This document shows positions 19,146 to 28,808 of a stretch of 46,624 nt of DNA, piece by piece; position 1 is the stretch's first letter, and each line of letters starts with the position of its first letter. A program made the translations under genes and the position numbers. This DNA is from a virus (Duplodnaviria; Heunggongvirae; Uroviricota; Caudoviricetes), in the IMG/VR virus record IMGVR_UViG_3300029858_000359; one strand, written 5' to 3'. The notes beneath the pieces are model-generated. The model was not told where the DNA came from, did not search any database, and saw nothing but the letters and a program-made list of their open reading frames with translations.

Positions 19146-19832
19146 TTAGAAGTTCAGATTTTTCAGTGCATTCAGTGCAGAGCCCACATCCTCAGCGTCG
19201 CGCAGGGACAGTGCGCCATAGCCCCCGGCCATGAATGCTTTGGCCTGAGTACGGGAGAGTCCGACATCACGCAGGACTCTTTCGATTTTTTTCTGTTCGG
19301 GGATTTCCCCGCGGGCCAGTGCGTTCTTGACGTCGCTGATCCGCGCCTCGTCGTTAGACGGGAACGTCACCAGACTGACTTCCCAGAGGTCGATTTCTTT
19401 CAACAGAAAGGCTTCTTTGCTCCGGTCGTATTCCCAGTCTTTCAGGACGTACCCAATAGAAAGGCCGGTTAACGAACCGGCCTTCATGTGTGCATGTGCG
19501 CGTTTTGCGAGGGGATCATCATCAATGAGCAACCGTCCCCTGACGTAAAGCCCGACATCGTCTTCCTTCATTTCGGTGTAAACACCGATGGGTTCATCCA
19601 TGCGGTGCTGCCAGAGCAGCGCAGGTAACGCTTTTCTGTCACTCCACGCCCGCAGGGAAGCAGCAAATGCCCCGGACATCACCACATCATCGTGGCTGTC
19701 CTTTACACCAAAGACGGAGCCATACCCTTCAAACTCACCGGAGTCACTGACAGATTTCAGACTCAGCGGTACATCAAGACGTTGTTTCGTCTGCATTGGC
19801 GTTATCCTTCTGCTTACCGGCTTTACTGCCAT
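19146..19832 (-). CDS. Prohead serine protease, HK97 family
   Basis: 228-aa ORF between portal and capsid genes. Confidence 0.8.
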   Translation of the reverse strand: MAVKPVSRRITPMQTKQRLDVPLSLKSVSDSGEFEGYGSVFGVKDSHDDVVMSGAFAASLRAWSDRKALPALLWQHRMDEPIGVYTEMKEDDVGLYVRGRLLIDDDPLAKRAHAHMKAGSLTGLSIGYVLKDWEYDRSKEAFLLKEIDLWEVSLVTFPSNDEARISDVKNALARGEIPEQKKIERVLRDVGLSRTQAKAFMAGGYGALSLRDAEDVGSALNALKNLNF

Positions 19833-21015
19833 CGGAGGGTTTCGTGGTCATGTTCATCGGTGTGAGATAGACATCACCACCGGGACGCGGATTCATATCT
19901 TCCAGGTCGCGGCAGTCATTGGGAGAGTAAATTCCCCAGTTGATCCCGGTGGCGTAGGCTTCAAAACGGGACTTCATATCCCCGCGCAGTAACGCCCCAG
20001 CGTTAAATTTGGCGTAATAAACGCCCTGCTTACTTTTTCGTACCAGTCCGGTGTTGATCCGCTGTTCGATGCGGGTCAGATACGGCACCAGTGAATAGTT
20101 GATAAATCCCAGCCCCAGCTCTTCGATATTGTTGAAGGTGGCGCGATCGGTGTTCTGCACCATGTGCAACGGCACCCGGAACAGACGACAGATTTCTTCA
20201 AGCTGAAACTTGCGGGTTTCCAGGAACTGGCTGTCCTCGGCGTTCAGCGCCATCGACTTCCAGTCCAGCCCCATCTCAAGGATCATCGGGCGGTGAGCAT
20301 TGCCAAGCCCGGTGTGACGCTCCTCAAAATCTTTCTTCAGGCGCTCATAAGCCTGATCTGACAGCGTCTGCTCTGTACGCAACACACCCGACGTCACCGC
20401 GCCATTGCTGAACAGTCTGGCCCCGTGCTCTTCGGTCGCTGCCGCCAGCGATATTGCCTCGCGGGCATAGGCGATGGGATTCAGCCCCACCAGTCCGTCC
20501 AGCGTCAGCGTGCGCACATGCCAGATATCCTCCTGGCTCAGTACATCCGTGGAGCCATCCGGGAATGTGACCTGATAGACCGGCACCCAGCTACTGTTAA
20601 GCTTCGGTACCACACAGCCGGGATCGACGGGCAGCAGTTCAGCCACTTCGCCAAATGCTTTCACTTTGTAGGCGTAAAAGTTTCCCCGCAGGCACAGACA
20701 GGTGACCACCAGCTCCCAGAACTCCTGCGGCGTCATATAGCCATTGGGATGCGTGGAGATCAGCTTATGCAGACGTTCGCCGGTGGCTCTCTGCTTCAGG
20801 CTGCCGTTCAGGTGATACAGGTTGCAGGGCAACATCCCGACCGACTCTGCCAGCACCCTGACACAGGAAAAAACCGCCGTCAGTCGCATGGCCCGCTGGC
20901 TGCTGATCTGCTTTCCGGTATAGGTGTCGTAGGACAACCCGATAGCATCCGCCAGCTCTGCTGGCGTGGTCACCGGTGCGTCACTTTTTCGTTGAAATAA
21001 TCCCGAAAAGAACAC
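19774..21015 (-). CDS. Portal protein, HK97 family
   Basis: 413-aa ORF directly downstream of the large terminase. Confidence 0.8.
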   Translation of the reverse strand: MFFSGLFQRKSDAPVTTPAELADAIGLSYDTYTGKQISSQRAMRLTAVFSCVRVLAESVGMLPCNLYHLNGSLKQRATGERLHKLISTHPNGYMTPQEFWELVVTCLCLRGNFYAYKVKAFGEVAELLPVDPGCVVPKLNSSWVPVYQVTFPDGSTDVLSQEDIWHVRTLTLDGLVGLNPIAYAREAISLAAATEEHGARLFSNGAVTSGVLRTEQTLSDQAYERLKKDFEERHTGLGNAHRPMILEMGLDWKSMALNAEDSQFLETRKFQLEEICRLFRVPLHMVQNTDRATFNNIEELGLGFINYSLVPYLTRIEQRINTGLVRKSKQGVYYAKFNAGALLRGDMKSRFEAYATGINWGIYSPNDCRDLEDMNPRPGGDVYLTPMNMTTKPSDGSKAGKQKDNANADETTS

Positions 21016-21197
21016 TATTTACCTCCGCCGACAGACGACTGTGTACGGTCGAGATATCGCGCCACCAGCCACGACCAGAACAGGCACAACGCCCCGGCAA
21101 CAACAAACCCCGCCGGGGGATAAATCAGCCAGGCACCATACGCCAGCAAAAGCGCCCCCAGCACGCCCACCAGAGGCGCGAGAATCAGCATGATCAT
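21015..21197 (-). CDS. Small hydrophobic protein, 60 aa
   Basis: ORF between terminase and portal genes; two predicted transmembrane helices. Confidence 0.4.
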
Positions 21198-21208
21198 AAT
21201 TACCTCAG

Positions 21209-22942
21209 TTAAAGCGAGCGGATCCCATAGGACTCAATGTGGTCAGACAGCGTGTCTTCTTTCTCGTACAGCATGGCTCTGCCAACCGCCATAATCAGCG
21301 CAACTGCACCATCGATTTTGTTTTCCGCCTGCTCTTTGACGGGCTTCACCACATCATCGTTACCCGGAATGGTTTTGCCGACCACGTTGCCGATACACCA
21401 GGTCATGATGGGATTGCCATCATGATGAAAGCGCCCCGATTCAATTGCCGCTTCCAGCTCTTTCATCGGGTCGGACATGTTGGTGTAGTTCTGAATGATA
21501 GTGATGGGGTTCAGGTCTTCATCAGCAAGGTCATGTGACAACCCGGTCGCCCCGAAGGGGTCGATGGGTGACTCACTGACCGGGCTGATTTTGTTCGCCG
21601 CTTTGGCCTCCTCGAGGATGTAGCGATAATCCACCTCCGCACCATCGGTAACGGTCAGAACGCCCATTTCCACCCATTTCTGAAAGCGTTCGGCTGTCCG
21701 GCGATCTTCATTTTTCTCGACGCTGTACACCGTGTCATACGGTACCCAGAAACGCGGGGCCACACTGTAGTAATGCGTTTTACCGTCAATCTCGCGGGTA
21801 TAAAGTCGCGCCATGCTGTTCATATCCAGCTTACGCGCCAGGTCAAAGGCCAGAATGCACGGCTGCCCCTCGAACTGCTCAAGGGTCAGTGATTTATCCT
21901 CGCAGCTCTGCCAGCTCACCAGGTTGAAATACGCCGAACGCGCCGACACCCAGATATTGAGGTGTTTTGTTTTAAAGACGTTTGCCAGACGGGCGTTATT
22001 TTTCGCACGCTGCTGCTGACTTAACAAAAATTCGCGATAAACCGACACGCCAATATTTGGATTGGCTTTTTCCAGCACCTGCGGGTCGGTCCAGTCGTCA
22101 CCTTCATCAACGGTATAGATGATCCCGAACAGTTCATCGTTGGGTACCGAACCGTTGAGCATCTCGATAACTTCCCGCCGCTTGTCGTAGCACGGCCCCT
22201 CAATGTTGTACCCGGCGGTGGTGATGGCCCACATCAGTGGCTGACGTCGCGCCCCCATCCCGGTAAGCATCGTGGTATAAAGCGCATCGGTGGCGTGCTC
22301 GTGATATTCATCCACCACCGCACAGTGGGGTGATGAACCATCACCAGGGTTACCGATCAGCGGTTCAAACCGCGCGCCATCCTCCGGACGGTTCATGTTT
22401 GAGGCGTTAACCTCAATCCCGAACGCTTCCGTCAGCATGGGTGTGCGTTTACACATCAGTCGCGCCGGGCGAAAGACTTCCCACGCCTGTTTCTCTGTCG
22501 TGGCACCGGAATACACTTCCGCGCCAAACTCGTTATCACAGGCAAAACAATACAGGGCAACACCGGCAGAGATTGCTGATTTGCCGTTCTTACGGGGGAT
22601 TTCGGTATACACCTCACGGAAGCGGCGCAGCCGGGAGCCTTTATTGACCCAGCCAAACGCGCAGCAGATCACAAAGAGCTGCCACGGCTCCAGCGTGATG
22701 GGCATCCTCTTAAATGCCCACTCACCCTTGGTGTGCGGCAACAGCTGAATAAATTTCGCGGCCCGTTCAGCCAGGTCCTTGTCGAAGCGGTAACGAAACG
22801 ACTTACTTTTTTCCTCCATCAGGTCATCAAGATGGCGCTGGCAGGCCTGAATCACAAACTGGCAGGCCACAATCTTTTCGCGCACGACATCACGGGCATA
22901 CTGATTGGCAGCATTTACGTTGGGGTAAGATTTCCGGCTCAT
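21209..22942 (-). CDS. Terminase large subunit
   Basis: 577-aa ORF with ATPase and nuclease regions, overlapping the small-subunit stop. Confidence 0.9.
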
Positions 22943-23442
22943 GATTCGATGATTTTCAGAAACGGGTTAGTGGCTTTCTTCTGCCCCGCCAGGCCAATCA
23001 GACGCTGGCGGCTGCTGGGGTCGAGTCCGAGCATTGCCCCCGTACTGCTCATCTCGGACTCCTGTTCTTTTTTGGCGGTCAGCTCCGGATTTTTGACCAT
23101 ACCGCCCATTGCACCGGTGATGGTGTTGCCCTGTCTGGCAATATTTTTCACGGCACGTCGCCAGAACTCGTAGGCCACGCACCACCGCTCAAGCACCGCG
23201 AGGTCAGTCACGCACAGCAGGCCCTGACCGCAGAGTTCTTTAGTTGTCAGTTGCCACATGATCGTAGCGAGAGGGAGATCTTCTTCAGCGAACCACTCCG
23301 GTGGCTCAACACCTTTGATGGGCGTAAAAACAGGTTCATCTTTATTCAGGGCTCGCTTGCCGGGGTTTCCGGCCAGCGCCTTGCGCGCCGTTGGCTTGGG
23401 GCGACGCCCGGAACGCCCCGCCGTTCCAGCCATATGCGGCAC
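22939..23442 (-). CDS. Terminase small subunit (P27-like)
   Basis: 167-aa ORF upstream of and overlapping the large terminase. Confidence 0.75.
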   Translation of the reverse strand: MPHMAGTAGRSGRRPKPTARKALAGNPGKRALNKDEPVFTPIKGVEPPEWFAEEDLPLATIMWQLTTKELCGQGLLCVTDLAVLERWCVAYEFWRRAVKNIARQGNTITGAMGGMVKNPELTAKKEQESEMSSTGAMLGLDPSSRQRLIGLAGQKKATNPFLKIIES

Positions 23443-23483
23443 TCCTGGTTAAATTTCATTTTTCGCGGGTATAAAAAAACGAT

Positions 23484-23532
23484 GGGGCGGGCAGTCCGGA
23501 AGACGTCAGGTCACAGAGATTTGACCCGCCCC
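23484..23532. repeat. GC-rich inverted repeat between HNH and terminase genes, possible cos or packaging-site region
   Basis: GGGGCGGG ... CCCGCCCC separated by about 33 nt. Confidence 0.3.
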
Positions 23533-23558
23533 TCCCCTCAGACAGTTGAGAATTATTA

Positions 23559-23909
23559 TCACTTTAGCCGTTCACGGGCCGTCTTCGCCTTATGGCACGG
23601 CCAGCACAGGCTCTGCAGATTACTGTCTGCATCGGTGCCGCCATGCGCTTTAGGGATGATGTGGTCAACGGTTTTCGCCTCACGCACCACACCAGCACGC
23701 AGACATAACTGACACAGGCCTTTGTCACGCTTCAATATGCGCGCGCGGATACTGTCCCACTTCGAACCGTAGCCGCGCTGATGACGGGATTGCCCCGGCT
23801 TGTATTGTTTCCAGCCTTCGTTTTTGTGGCTTTCGCAGTAGCCTGACGAGTCAGTGGTGGTATGGGGGCAGCCGCGAACGCGGCAGGCTTTTGGGGTTCG
23901 TGGTGGCAT
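23559..23909 (-). CDS. HNH endonuclease (terminase-associated)
   Basis: Cysteine and histidine motifs CRVRGCPHTT, CQLCLRAG, VDHIIPKAHGG, CWPCHKAK; start set at the internal Met with AGAGGA ribosome-binding site. Confidence 0.85.
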   Translation of the reverse strand: MPPRTPKACRVRGCPHTTTDSSGYCESHKNEGWKQYKPGQSRHQRGYGSKWDSIRARILKRDKGLCQLCLRAGVVREAKTVDHIIPKAHGGTDADSNLQSLCWPCHKAKTARERLK

Positions 23910-24059
23910 TGCATAATCCTCTTGGATGGTTCGCGTGCGATACGTGGCATCCTTCTCAGAATCGAATCGCACTCCACTCCGGTTTTGCCATAAACGATCT
24001 TTTATGCTTCGCTGGATGTAGTTGATAGTTGTTGAAACTCAATGAACAGGAGTTCACAA

Positions 24060-24395
24060 ATGAATAGTTATGAATGGGAATGGCTTTTAAACAAAGATGA
24101 CACCCTATGCTTTTTCCCCGTAGGCCATTCTGTAGAAGGTAATTACAAAATTCACTTTGAGTTGAGCGGTAGTTGTAACCTTAGAGTCTCAGATGCTGAA
24201 TGGCATGGTAAACCTGTACTGCTGTTCGAATACTTCGATGAAGATGATGACCGCCCTGCAATAATCGAAATATTAGAAACAACCACTACAACTGTGGAGG
24301 CGATGATCGCACATCTGAATAGTATCGATAGTATTTACCATGAACCGATTTACAAAGCGGTTTACGAGTGGGCCGTAAAGTTTTTCTATCGATGA
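24060..24395 (+). CDS. Moron gene 1: hypothetical acidic protein, about 111 aa
   Basis: AT-rich ORF opposite in orientation to flanking late genes; AGGAG ribosome-binding site 7 nt upstream of ATG at 24060; no family recognised. Confidence 0.55.
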   Translation: MNSYEWEWLLNKDDTLCFFPVGHSVEGNYKIHFELSGSCNLRVSDAEWHGKPVLLFEYFDEDDDRPAIIEILETTTTTVEAMIAHLNSIDSIYHEPIYKAVYEWAVKFFYR

Positions 24396-24495
24396 TACTT
24401 CGTTATCTTGCTGGCATTCACAATACCTTTACATACTAATGACATGCCAGCACAATACTGTCACTTACAACCGTTCGGATTACCTAGAGAAAAGT

Positions 24496-25065
24496 ATGAT
24501 TCAGGATTTACTGATCGAAGCAATTAGTCACGATAGGATGCATAAAAAGTTAAATGAACTGAATTGCTACTTCTACAATCGCAAACATGAAACTCAAATA
24601 CGTGATGAGTTAGTTGTTATTCTCAATCAAATCAGCACACTAACTGCTTTAAGTGAGCATCCAAAACTCGGTATCGGCGCTGTTGACATATCACTTTATA
24701 ACCAGTCGATATTAACGTCTGAACATAATGGCAATGTTGCAACCATCGAGATCAAACACCATTACCCAAAGGATTTACTTTATCGGCAAGTTCAAGAAGA
24801 CATCATTTCCGATATTTCAAGAGTAATAGTTTCACCAACTACACATTTTATCCATATAATCCAGCAAAGAACTAGGATTAATACTCCTTCTTTTGGCCAA
24901 GTGAAATTCCTTGAACGTGATGCAAGTGATATCAGCACTTATGTGCAATGCCTTGAAGAGCTAAGTTCCTTCCCCAGTATCTTTCATAAAAAAAGTATAT
25001 GTATTGAGGTACTTGGTGAAATTATGTCGACATATACCTTTAACGTATATTCATTTGACAACTGA
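24496..25065 (+). CDS. Moron gene 2: hypothetical protein, about 189 aa (ORF track start 24439)
   Basis: AT-rich ORF directly after moron gene 1; no recognisable motifs. Confidence 0.5.
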   Translation: MIQDLLIEAISHDRMHKKLNELNCYFYNRKHETQIRDELVVILNQISTLTALSEHPKLGIGAVDISLYNQSILTSEHNGNVATIEIKHHYPKDLLYRQVQEDIISDISRVIVSPTTHFIHIIQQRTRINTPSFGQVKFLERDASDISTYVQCLEELSSFPSIFHKKSICIEVLGEIMSTYTFNVYSFDN

Positions 25066-25086
25066 TTAATTTGACAATTTTATTGC

Positions 25087-25344
25087 TTAATGGTTAGTTC
25101 TCTCTGCATCTATTTTACGAATATCAGCTTTATCCCGATTGCAGTTAGCCAGTGCAGACAACAGACTCACATTCAGCTCCAGGCTGGCACCATAAGTCAG
25201 AGGATTTGGTATGAACGGTACAGGTGTTTCAGAAGTCAGACTAGTCGGTAATGTTGTAGCCGGAGTGCTCACGTAAACTGTCCGCGTACTTCCGCAACCG
25301 CTCAGCAGCGGCAGCAGGCACAAGGCGTGCAGCACAACCATCAT
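25087..25344 (-). CDS. o-spanin (Rz1-like outer-membrane lipoprotein)
   Basis: MMVVLHALCLLPLLSGC lipobox followed by Pro-rich region; overlaps the 3' end of the Rz-like gene in another frame. Confidence 0.65.
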   Translation of the reverse strand: MMVVLHALCLLPLLSGCGSTRTVYVSTPATTLPTSLTSETPVPFIPNPLTYGASLELNVSLLSALANCNRDKADIRKIDAERTNH

Positions 25345-25621
25345 CCGCAACAGCCACTTTGATATCTTTCTGGGTTCTCTGTGACTCCAGTGCGATCTGC
25401 TGTTTTGCATGCTGGTTAATCTCTATAACTGTATTGACGATTTGCAGTGATTGCAGGACGTTACGGGTAATGGCTGTTGCAGATTCAGCATTTTGTACAG
25501 CCTCATCAGCACGTTTCTTTTCGTGCTGATATTTGCTGTAGTAGTGGTTGGCAGACCAGATGAAAGAACCGATGACAGTAAAGAAGAATGCAGCGATAAC
25601 CAGCTTATAGCTCAACTTCAT
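25241..25621 (-). CDS. i-spanin (Rz-like)
   Basis: N-terminal transmembrane helix then coiled-coil periplasmic domain; immediately downstream of endolysin. Confidence 0.7.
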   Translation of the reverse strand: MKLSYKLVIAAFFFTVIGSFIWSANHYYSKYQHEKKRADEAVQNAESATAITRNVLQSLQIVNTVIEINQHAKQQIALESQRTQKDIKVAVADDGCAARLVPAAAAERLRKYADSLREHSGYNITD

Positions 25622-26081
25622 TTACCACCCCACCAGCCTCTTTAAATCGGGCAATCAGGTCACCGATTTTATGTTCATACTGACCGTAACCAGCGCCCGG
25701 CAGTGAAGCCCAGATATTGCTGCAACGATCGATAGCCTGACGAATATCGCCGCGATCAATCATCGGTAAAGCGCCACGCTCTTTAATCTGCTGCAATGCC
25801 ACAGCATCCTGGCTTTTTGGAGAGAAGTCTTTCAGCCCAAGCTGCTTGCGGTAAGCATCCCACCAGCGTGAAAGAAGTTGATAACGGCCTGCAGCTGTTG
25901 ATTTGAGTTTCGGGTTTAGCGTGACAAGTTTGCGAGGGTGATCGGAGTAATCAGTGAAGAGTTCTCCACCGACAATAACGTCATAACCATGATTACGTGT
26001 CGGTTGTAGCCCATTATCCGTTCCTTCTGACCAGGCCACCATATCGAGGAAAGCTTTACGCTGAGGATTAAGATTTTGCAT
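25605..26081 (-). CDS. R: Endolysin, lambda R-type lytic transglycosylase
   Basis: 158-aa protein recognised as near-identical to lambda R (QRKAFLDMVAWSEGTDNG...NHGYDVIVGGELFTDYSDHPRKLVTLNPKLKS). Confidence 0.9.
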   Translation of the reverse strand: MQNLNPQRKAFLDMVAWSEGTDNGLQPTRNHGYDVIVGGELFTDYSDHPRKLVTLNPKLKSTAAGRYQLLSRWWDAYRKQLGLKDFSPKSQDAVALQQIKERGALPMIDRGDIRQAIDRCSNIWASLPGAGYGQYEHKIGDLIARFKEAGGVVNEVEL

Positions 26082-26373
26082 TTTTCACCCCTGTCAGCCG
26101 TTCCCAGAAGTACGTCAGTGCAACCGAACCCATCGCACCACTAATCCCCGCAGTTGCGAGAATCATGTAAATACTGAATCCACTTTCGATACTGATTAGG
26201 CCACCAATAACACCGGTGAATCCTGATACAACTATCTGAGCGAGGGCATTTATCCAGCTCCACGTTGCTTTACTCTGCTTCACATCAATCAGGTAACGGA
26301 CAAGCCCCCCCCAACCTGCGATGATCAGCAAAACAAGCCAGAACGCTCCAGCAAGATTCTCTTTTTCGTGCAT
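26068..26373 (-). CDS. Holin, three transmembrane helices (ORF track extends to 26472; start uncertain)
   Basis: Three hydrophobic helices and charged C-terminus ERLTGVKNAKS; directly upstream of and overlapping the endolysin. Confidence 0.65.
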   Translation of the reverse strand: MHEKENLAGAFWLVLLIIAGWGGLVRYLIDVKQSKATWSWINALAQIVVSGFTGVIGGLISIESGFSIYMILATAGISGAMGSVALTYFWERLTGVKNAKS

Positions 26374-26493
26374 ATGAATAGCCGCAGTTTCGCCTCCGAC
26401 AGAAAATCGGAGCGTGAAATGATATGTTGATTTATTATTAATTCGAAAATTACATTCTAATTCATCAGGCATTGATGATTTTATAATAATAAA

Positions 26494-26519
26494 GGCCGTT
26501 CGTTACGGCCTTTATTATT
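26494..26519. terminator. Bidirectional hairpin terminator
   Basis: AAAGGCCGTTCGTTACGGCCTTT palindrome flanked by AT runs. Confidence 0.55.
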
Positions 26520-26524
26520 GATAT

Positions 26525-26860
26525 TTATTTTACATCCCAAGGTAGTTCCTCAAGAGAGAAGACTAATTCATTATCAATAATTTCGTATTCTGCATAACCT
26601 TCAACCTCTCCTGAGAAGTTATTGTCAACGCATCCTTCATAATAGCTATATGGTGCTATAAAGTGAAACCCATATTCATCTATCTCTGTGATTTCAAAAT
26701 TGTAGTAATCGTAAGAATATCGAATATCATCATCAGAAATAGAACTAAGTACATAGTTATTAAATTTATCGGAATGCTTAACGATAAGCTCTGACAACGC
26801 GTCAAGATTCTCTGGAGAGATATTTCCTAACGGTAATCTGTACTCAACGGCATTAATCAT
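26525..26860 (-). CDS. Hypothetical small acidic protein, 111 aa, in the Q-to-holin slot
   Basis: AT-rich ORF between the late terminator and the holin; no family recognised. Confidence 0.5.
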   Translation of the reverse strand: MINAVEYRLPLGNISPENLDALSELIVKHSDKFNNYVLSSISDDDIRYSYDYYNFEITEIDEYGFHFIAPYSYYEGCVDNNFSGEVEGYAEYEIIDNELVFSLEELPWDVK

Positions 26861-26911
26861 ACAACCTCCTTTTTAACTGATATGAGGTTATATAATGTGT
26901 TTCAGTACAAG

Positions 26912-26940
26912 TAAATAAAAACCCGCTCAACAGCGGGTTC
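26912..26940 (-). terminator. Putative late-operon terminator (tR'-like, target of Q antitermination)
   Basis: Minus-strand hairpin AACCCGCTGTTGAGCGGGTT followed by TTTTATTTAC. Confidence 0.55.
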
Positions 26941-26985
26941 GTGAAAATTATCAACGGCAGACATACAAAGCCCATCGTTGAGAAA

Positions 26986-27014
26986 ATCTTATCCATATTT
27001 TTTGAAAAATGCAA
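26986..27014 (-). promoter_or_regulatory. Putative late promoter PR'
   Basis: Minus-strand TTGCAT, 17-nt spacer, TAAGAT, between Q stop and the terminator. Confidence 0.45.
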
Positions 27015-27045
27015 GCTTCATGTCGCCATCTTCGGCGAAAATCAC

Positions 27046-27798
27046 TTATCTCGTCACCTTTCTCAATTGTGTTTCAGCATATGCTTCTTCCTGCCAGCAC
27101 TTTGTTACTAGTTTATCAATTACGTCTGCATATCCTTTGTACCACTGATAATCAGTCAGGTCTGGAACCAGCTTCTGGACATGACGTCGTGCCAGTGTAG
27201 TTGGTAAACGGCTAAACCGGTTTCCATTGCAACGCCCACAAATCTTATAAACAGGCGTGCCATGAAGCCGGGTCCTTTTTTCATCCAGGACAATACCTTT
27301 ACCCTTACACCCTCTGCACGCTGTGCTGACTTCTCCCTTACCATGACAATGCTGACATAGTTCCTTCACCCACTCTTCCTTGATAACAGATTCCCCGCTT
27401 CTGGAGTGTTTCACCACCTCGCGCAATACATTATGAAATCCAGTACCAGCACAATGCTCACAGCGAGCCTTACTTGCCGCAGACCTGGAATAATCAGCAA
27501 AGGCAAAATTCACAAGGTAAGGAATGATCTGTAGCCGGGTTTCTTCACTCAATTTATTCAATGTCGGGTTATCCAGTGCCATCGCGTAATTGAGCAGACC
27601 TTCAATCGCAAACTGAGGATCCTGAACACCAACTTTTGCCAGGAATAAGGCAAACCCAAGCGGTGCTTTCGACTGCACCATCCCCTGCGCAGCCATCACA
27701 TCCGTAATCGTTAAACCACCTGAGCCTGTCGCCGGTGCGTCATCGCTCAATTTTGGAGATTTTGGGGAGTAATATTTTGGTAAGGCTTCAAGGTTCAT
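27046..27798 (-). CDS. Putative antitermination protein Q with zinc-finger repeats
   Basis: Four CxxC(x)G motifs (CEHCAGTG, CQHCHGKG, CRGCKGKG, CGRCNG); position immediately upstream of PR'/tR' and the lysis cassette; start at the Met with GGAG ribosome-binding site. Confidence 0.6.
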   Translation of the reverse strand: MNLEALPKYYSPKSPKLSDDAPATGSGGLTITDVMAAQGMVQSKAPLGFALFLAKVGVQDPQFAIEGLLNYAMALDNPTLNKLSEETRLQIIPYLVNFAFADYSRSAASKARCEHCAGTGFHNVLREVVKHSRSGESVIKEEWVKELCQHCHGKGEVSTACRGCKGKGIVLDEKRTRLHGTPVYKICGRCNGNRFSRLPTTLARRHVQKLVPDLTDYQWYKGYADVIDKLVTKCWQEEAYAETQLRKVTR

Positions 27799-27811
27799 GC
27801 TCGTTCTCCAC

Positions 27812-28807
27812 TTACGCCAGTACGCCAATTGCCAGCGCACGATCGATAAAACGAAATATCAGCTCCAGTTGGGAGCCATACTTCTCTTCAAATGCCACGG
27901 TATCCGCATGCAGTTCGTCGTGATGCTTTCTGCACAAAGGCAACACAAAGAGGTCATGCGCTTTTGTACCCATTCCCCCCTGACCGTGGCCTATCAGGTG
28001 GTGGGGATCATCAGCAGGCTTTCCACAACATGCACACGGCTGTGTCTTAACCCAGCGCGTGTACTTTTCATTAACCCAGCGGCGACGTTTGGGGCGTAAC
28101 ATAAAAGACTCCGGCGACTCCGGCTCCACTTTCAGCGCCAGCACCTTTTTCGCCTTATCCTGGATGATGCTGGTGGCAGGAACCGAAGGCACAAGGTCAC
28201 TTTCCCGGGTGACAGACGGCGCAACAGGCTTCGGTAATCTCAGTGCCTTACGGGCTGCACTTTCCGGTAAAGCATCCGCCAGGTCATTACGAATCAGCCA
28301 CCAGCACAGTTCCGGCATTGTCACAACGTGACTGTCATCAAAACCGAGATCCCGACGCACAACAGACAACACCCAGCGGGCACAGTTATCCGTTGCCATT
28401 GATTCCAGCCGTTCCGTGAACTGATCGCGCAGCTGGTTATCGCAGTGCCAGCACAGACGGATTGCGCCCGGAGCGTGTCGCATTGTGGTCATGTTCTCGC
28501 TGTGCCAGTCGGAATGAGGCCACTGGCAGCCTTTTTCACGAAGTAACCAGCTTTCAAGACATTCCACTCCACCAGCACGACGAATCACTGCCTCATTGCG
28601 GAACACGGCCCGAACGGCAGGATCATCCGCCAGCGGTTGTGATGCCGCCGGAACGGCACCACTGGCGAAAGATGAATAACGTTCCGGCTCAGGCTCCAGC
28701 AGGACACGCCCCTGCATAAACAAGGGCATCAGCTCTGAACCTGGTCTGAACAATACGATCCCCATACGCGGGGCAATTTCAGGGGTCAGTAGTGCTCTCA
28801 CGGTCAC
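27812..28807 (-). CDS. DUF968-like phage protein
   Basis: C-terminal motif CACCGKPADDPHHLIGHGQGGMGTKAHDLFVLPLCRKHHDELH. Confidence 0.55.
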   Translation of the reverse strand: MTVRALLTPEIAPRMGIVLFRPGSELMPLFMQGRVLLEPEPERYSSFASGAVPAASQPLADDPAVRAVFRNEAVIRRAGGVECLESWLLREKGCQWPHSDWHSENMTTMRHAPGAIRLCWHCDNQLRDQFTERLESMATDNCARWVLSVVRRDLGFDDSHVVTMPELCWWLIRNDLADALPESAARKALRLPKPVAPSVTRESDLVPSVPATSIIQDKAKKVLALKVEPESPESFMLRPKRRRWVNEKYTRWVKTQPCACCGKPADDPHHLIGHGQGGMGTKAHDLFVLPLCRKHHDELHADTVAFEEKYGSQLELIFRFIDRALAIGVLA

Positions 28808-28808
28808 C

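Noticed and set aside
20425-21000. 191-aa plus-strand ORF inside the portal gene
   Set aside because: Antisense shadow ORF; the portal gene on the minus strand is the credible reading.
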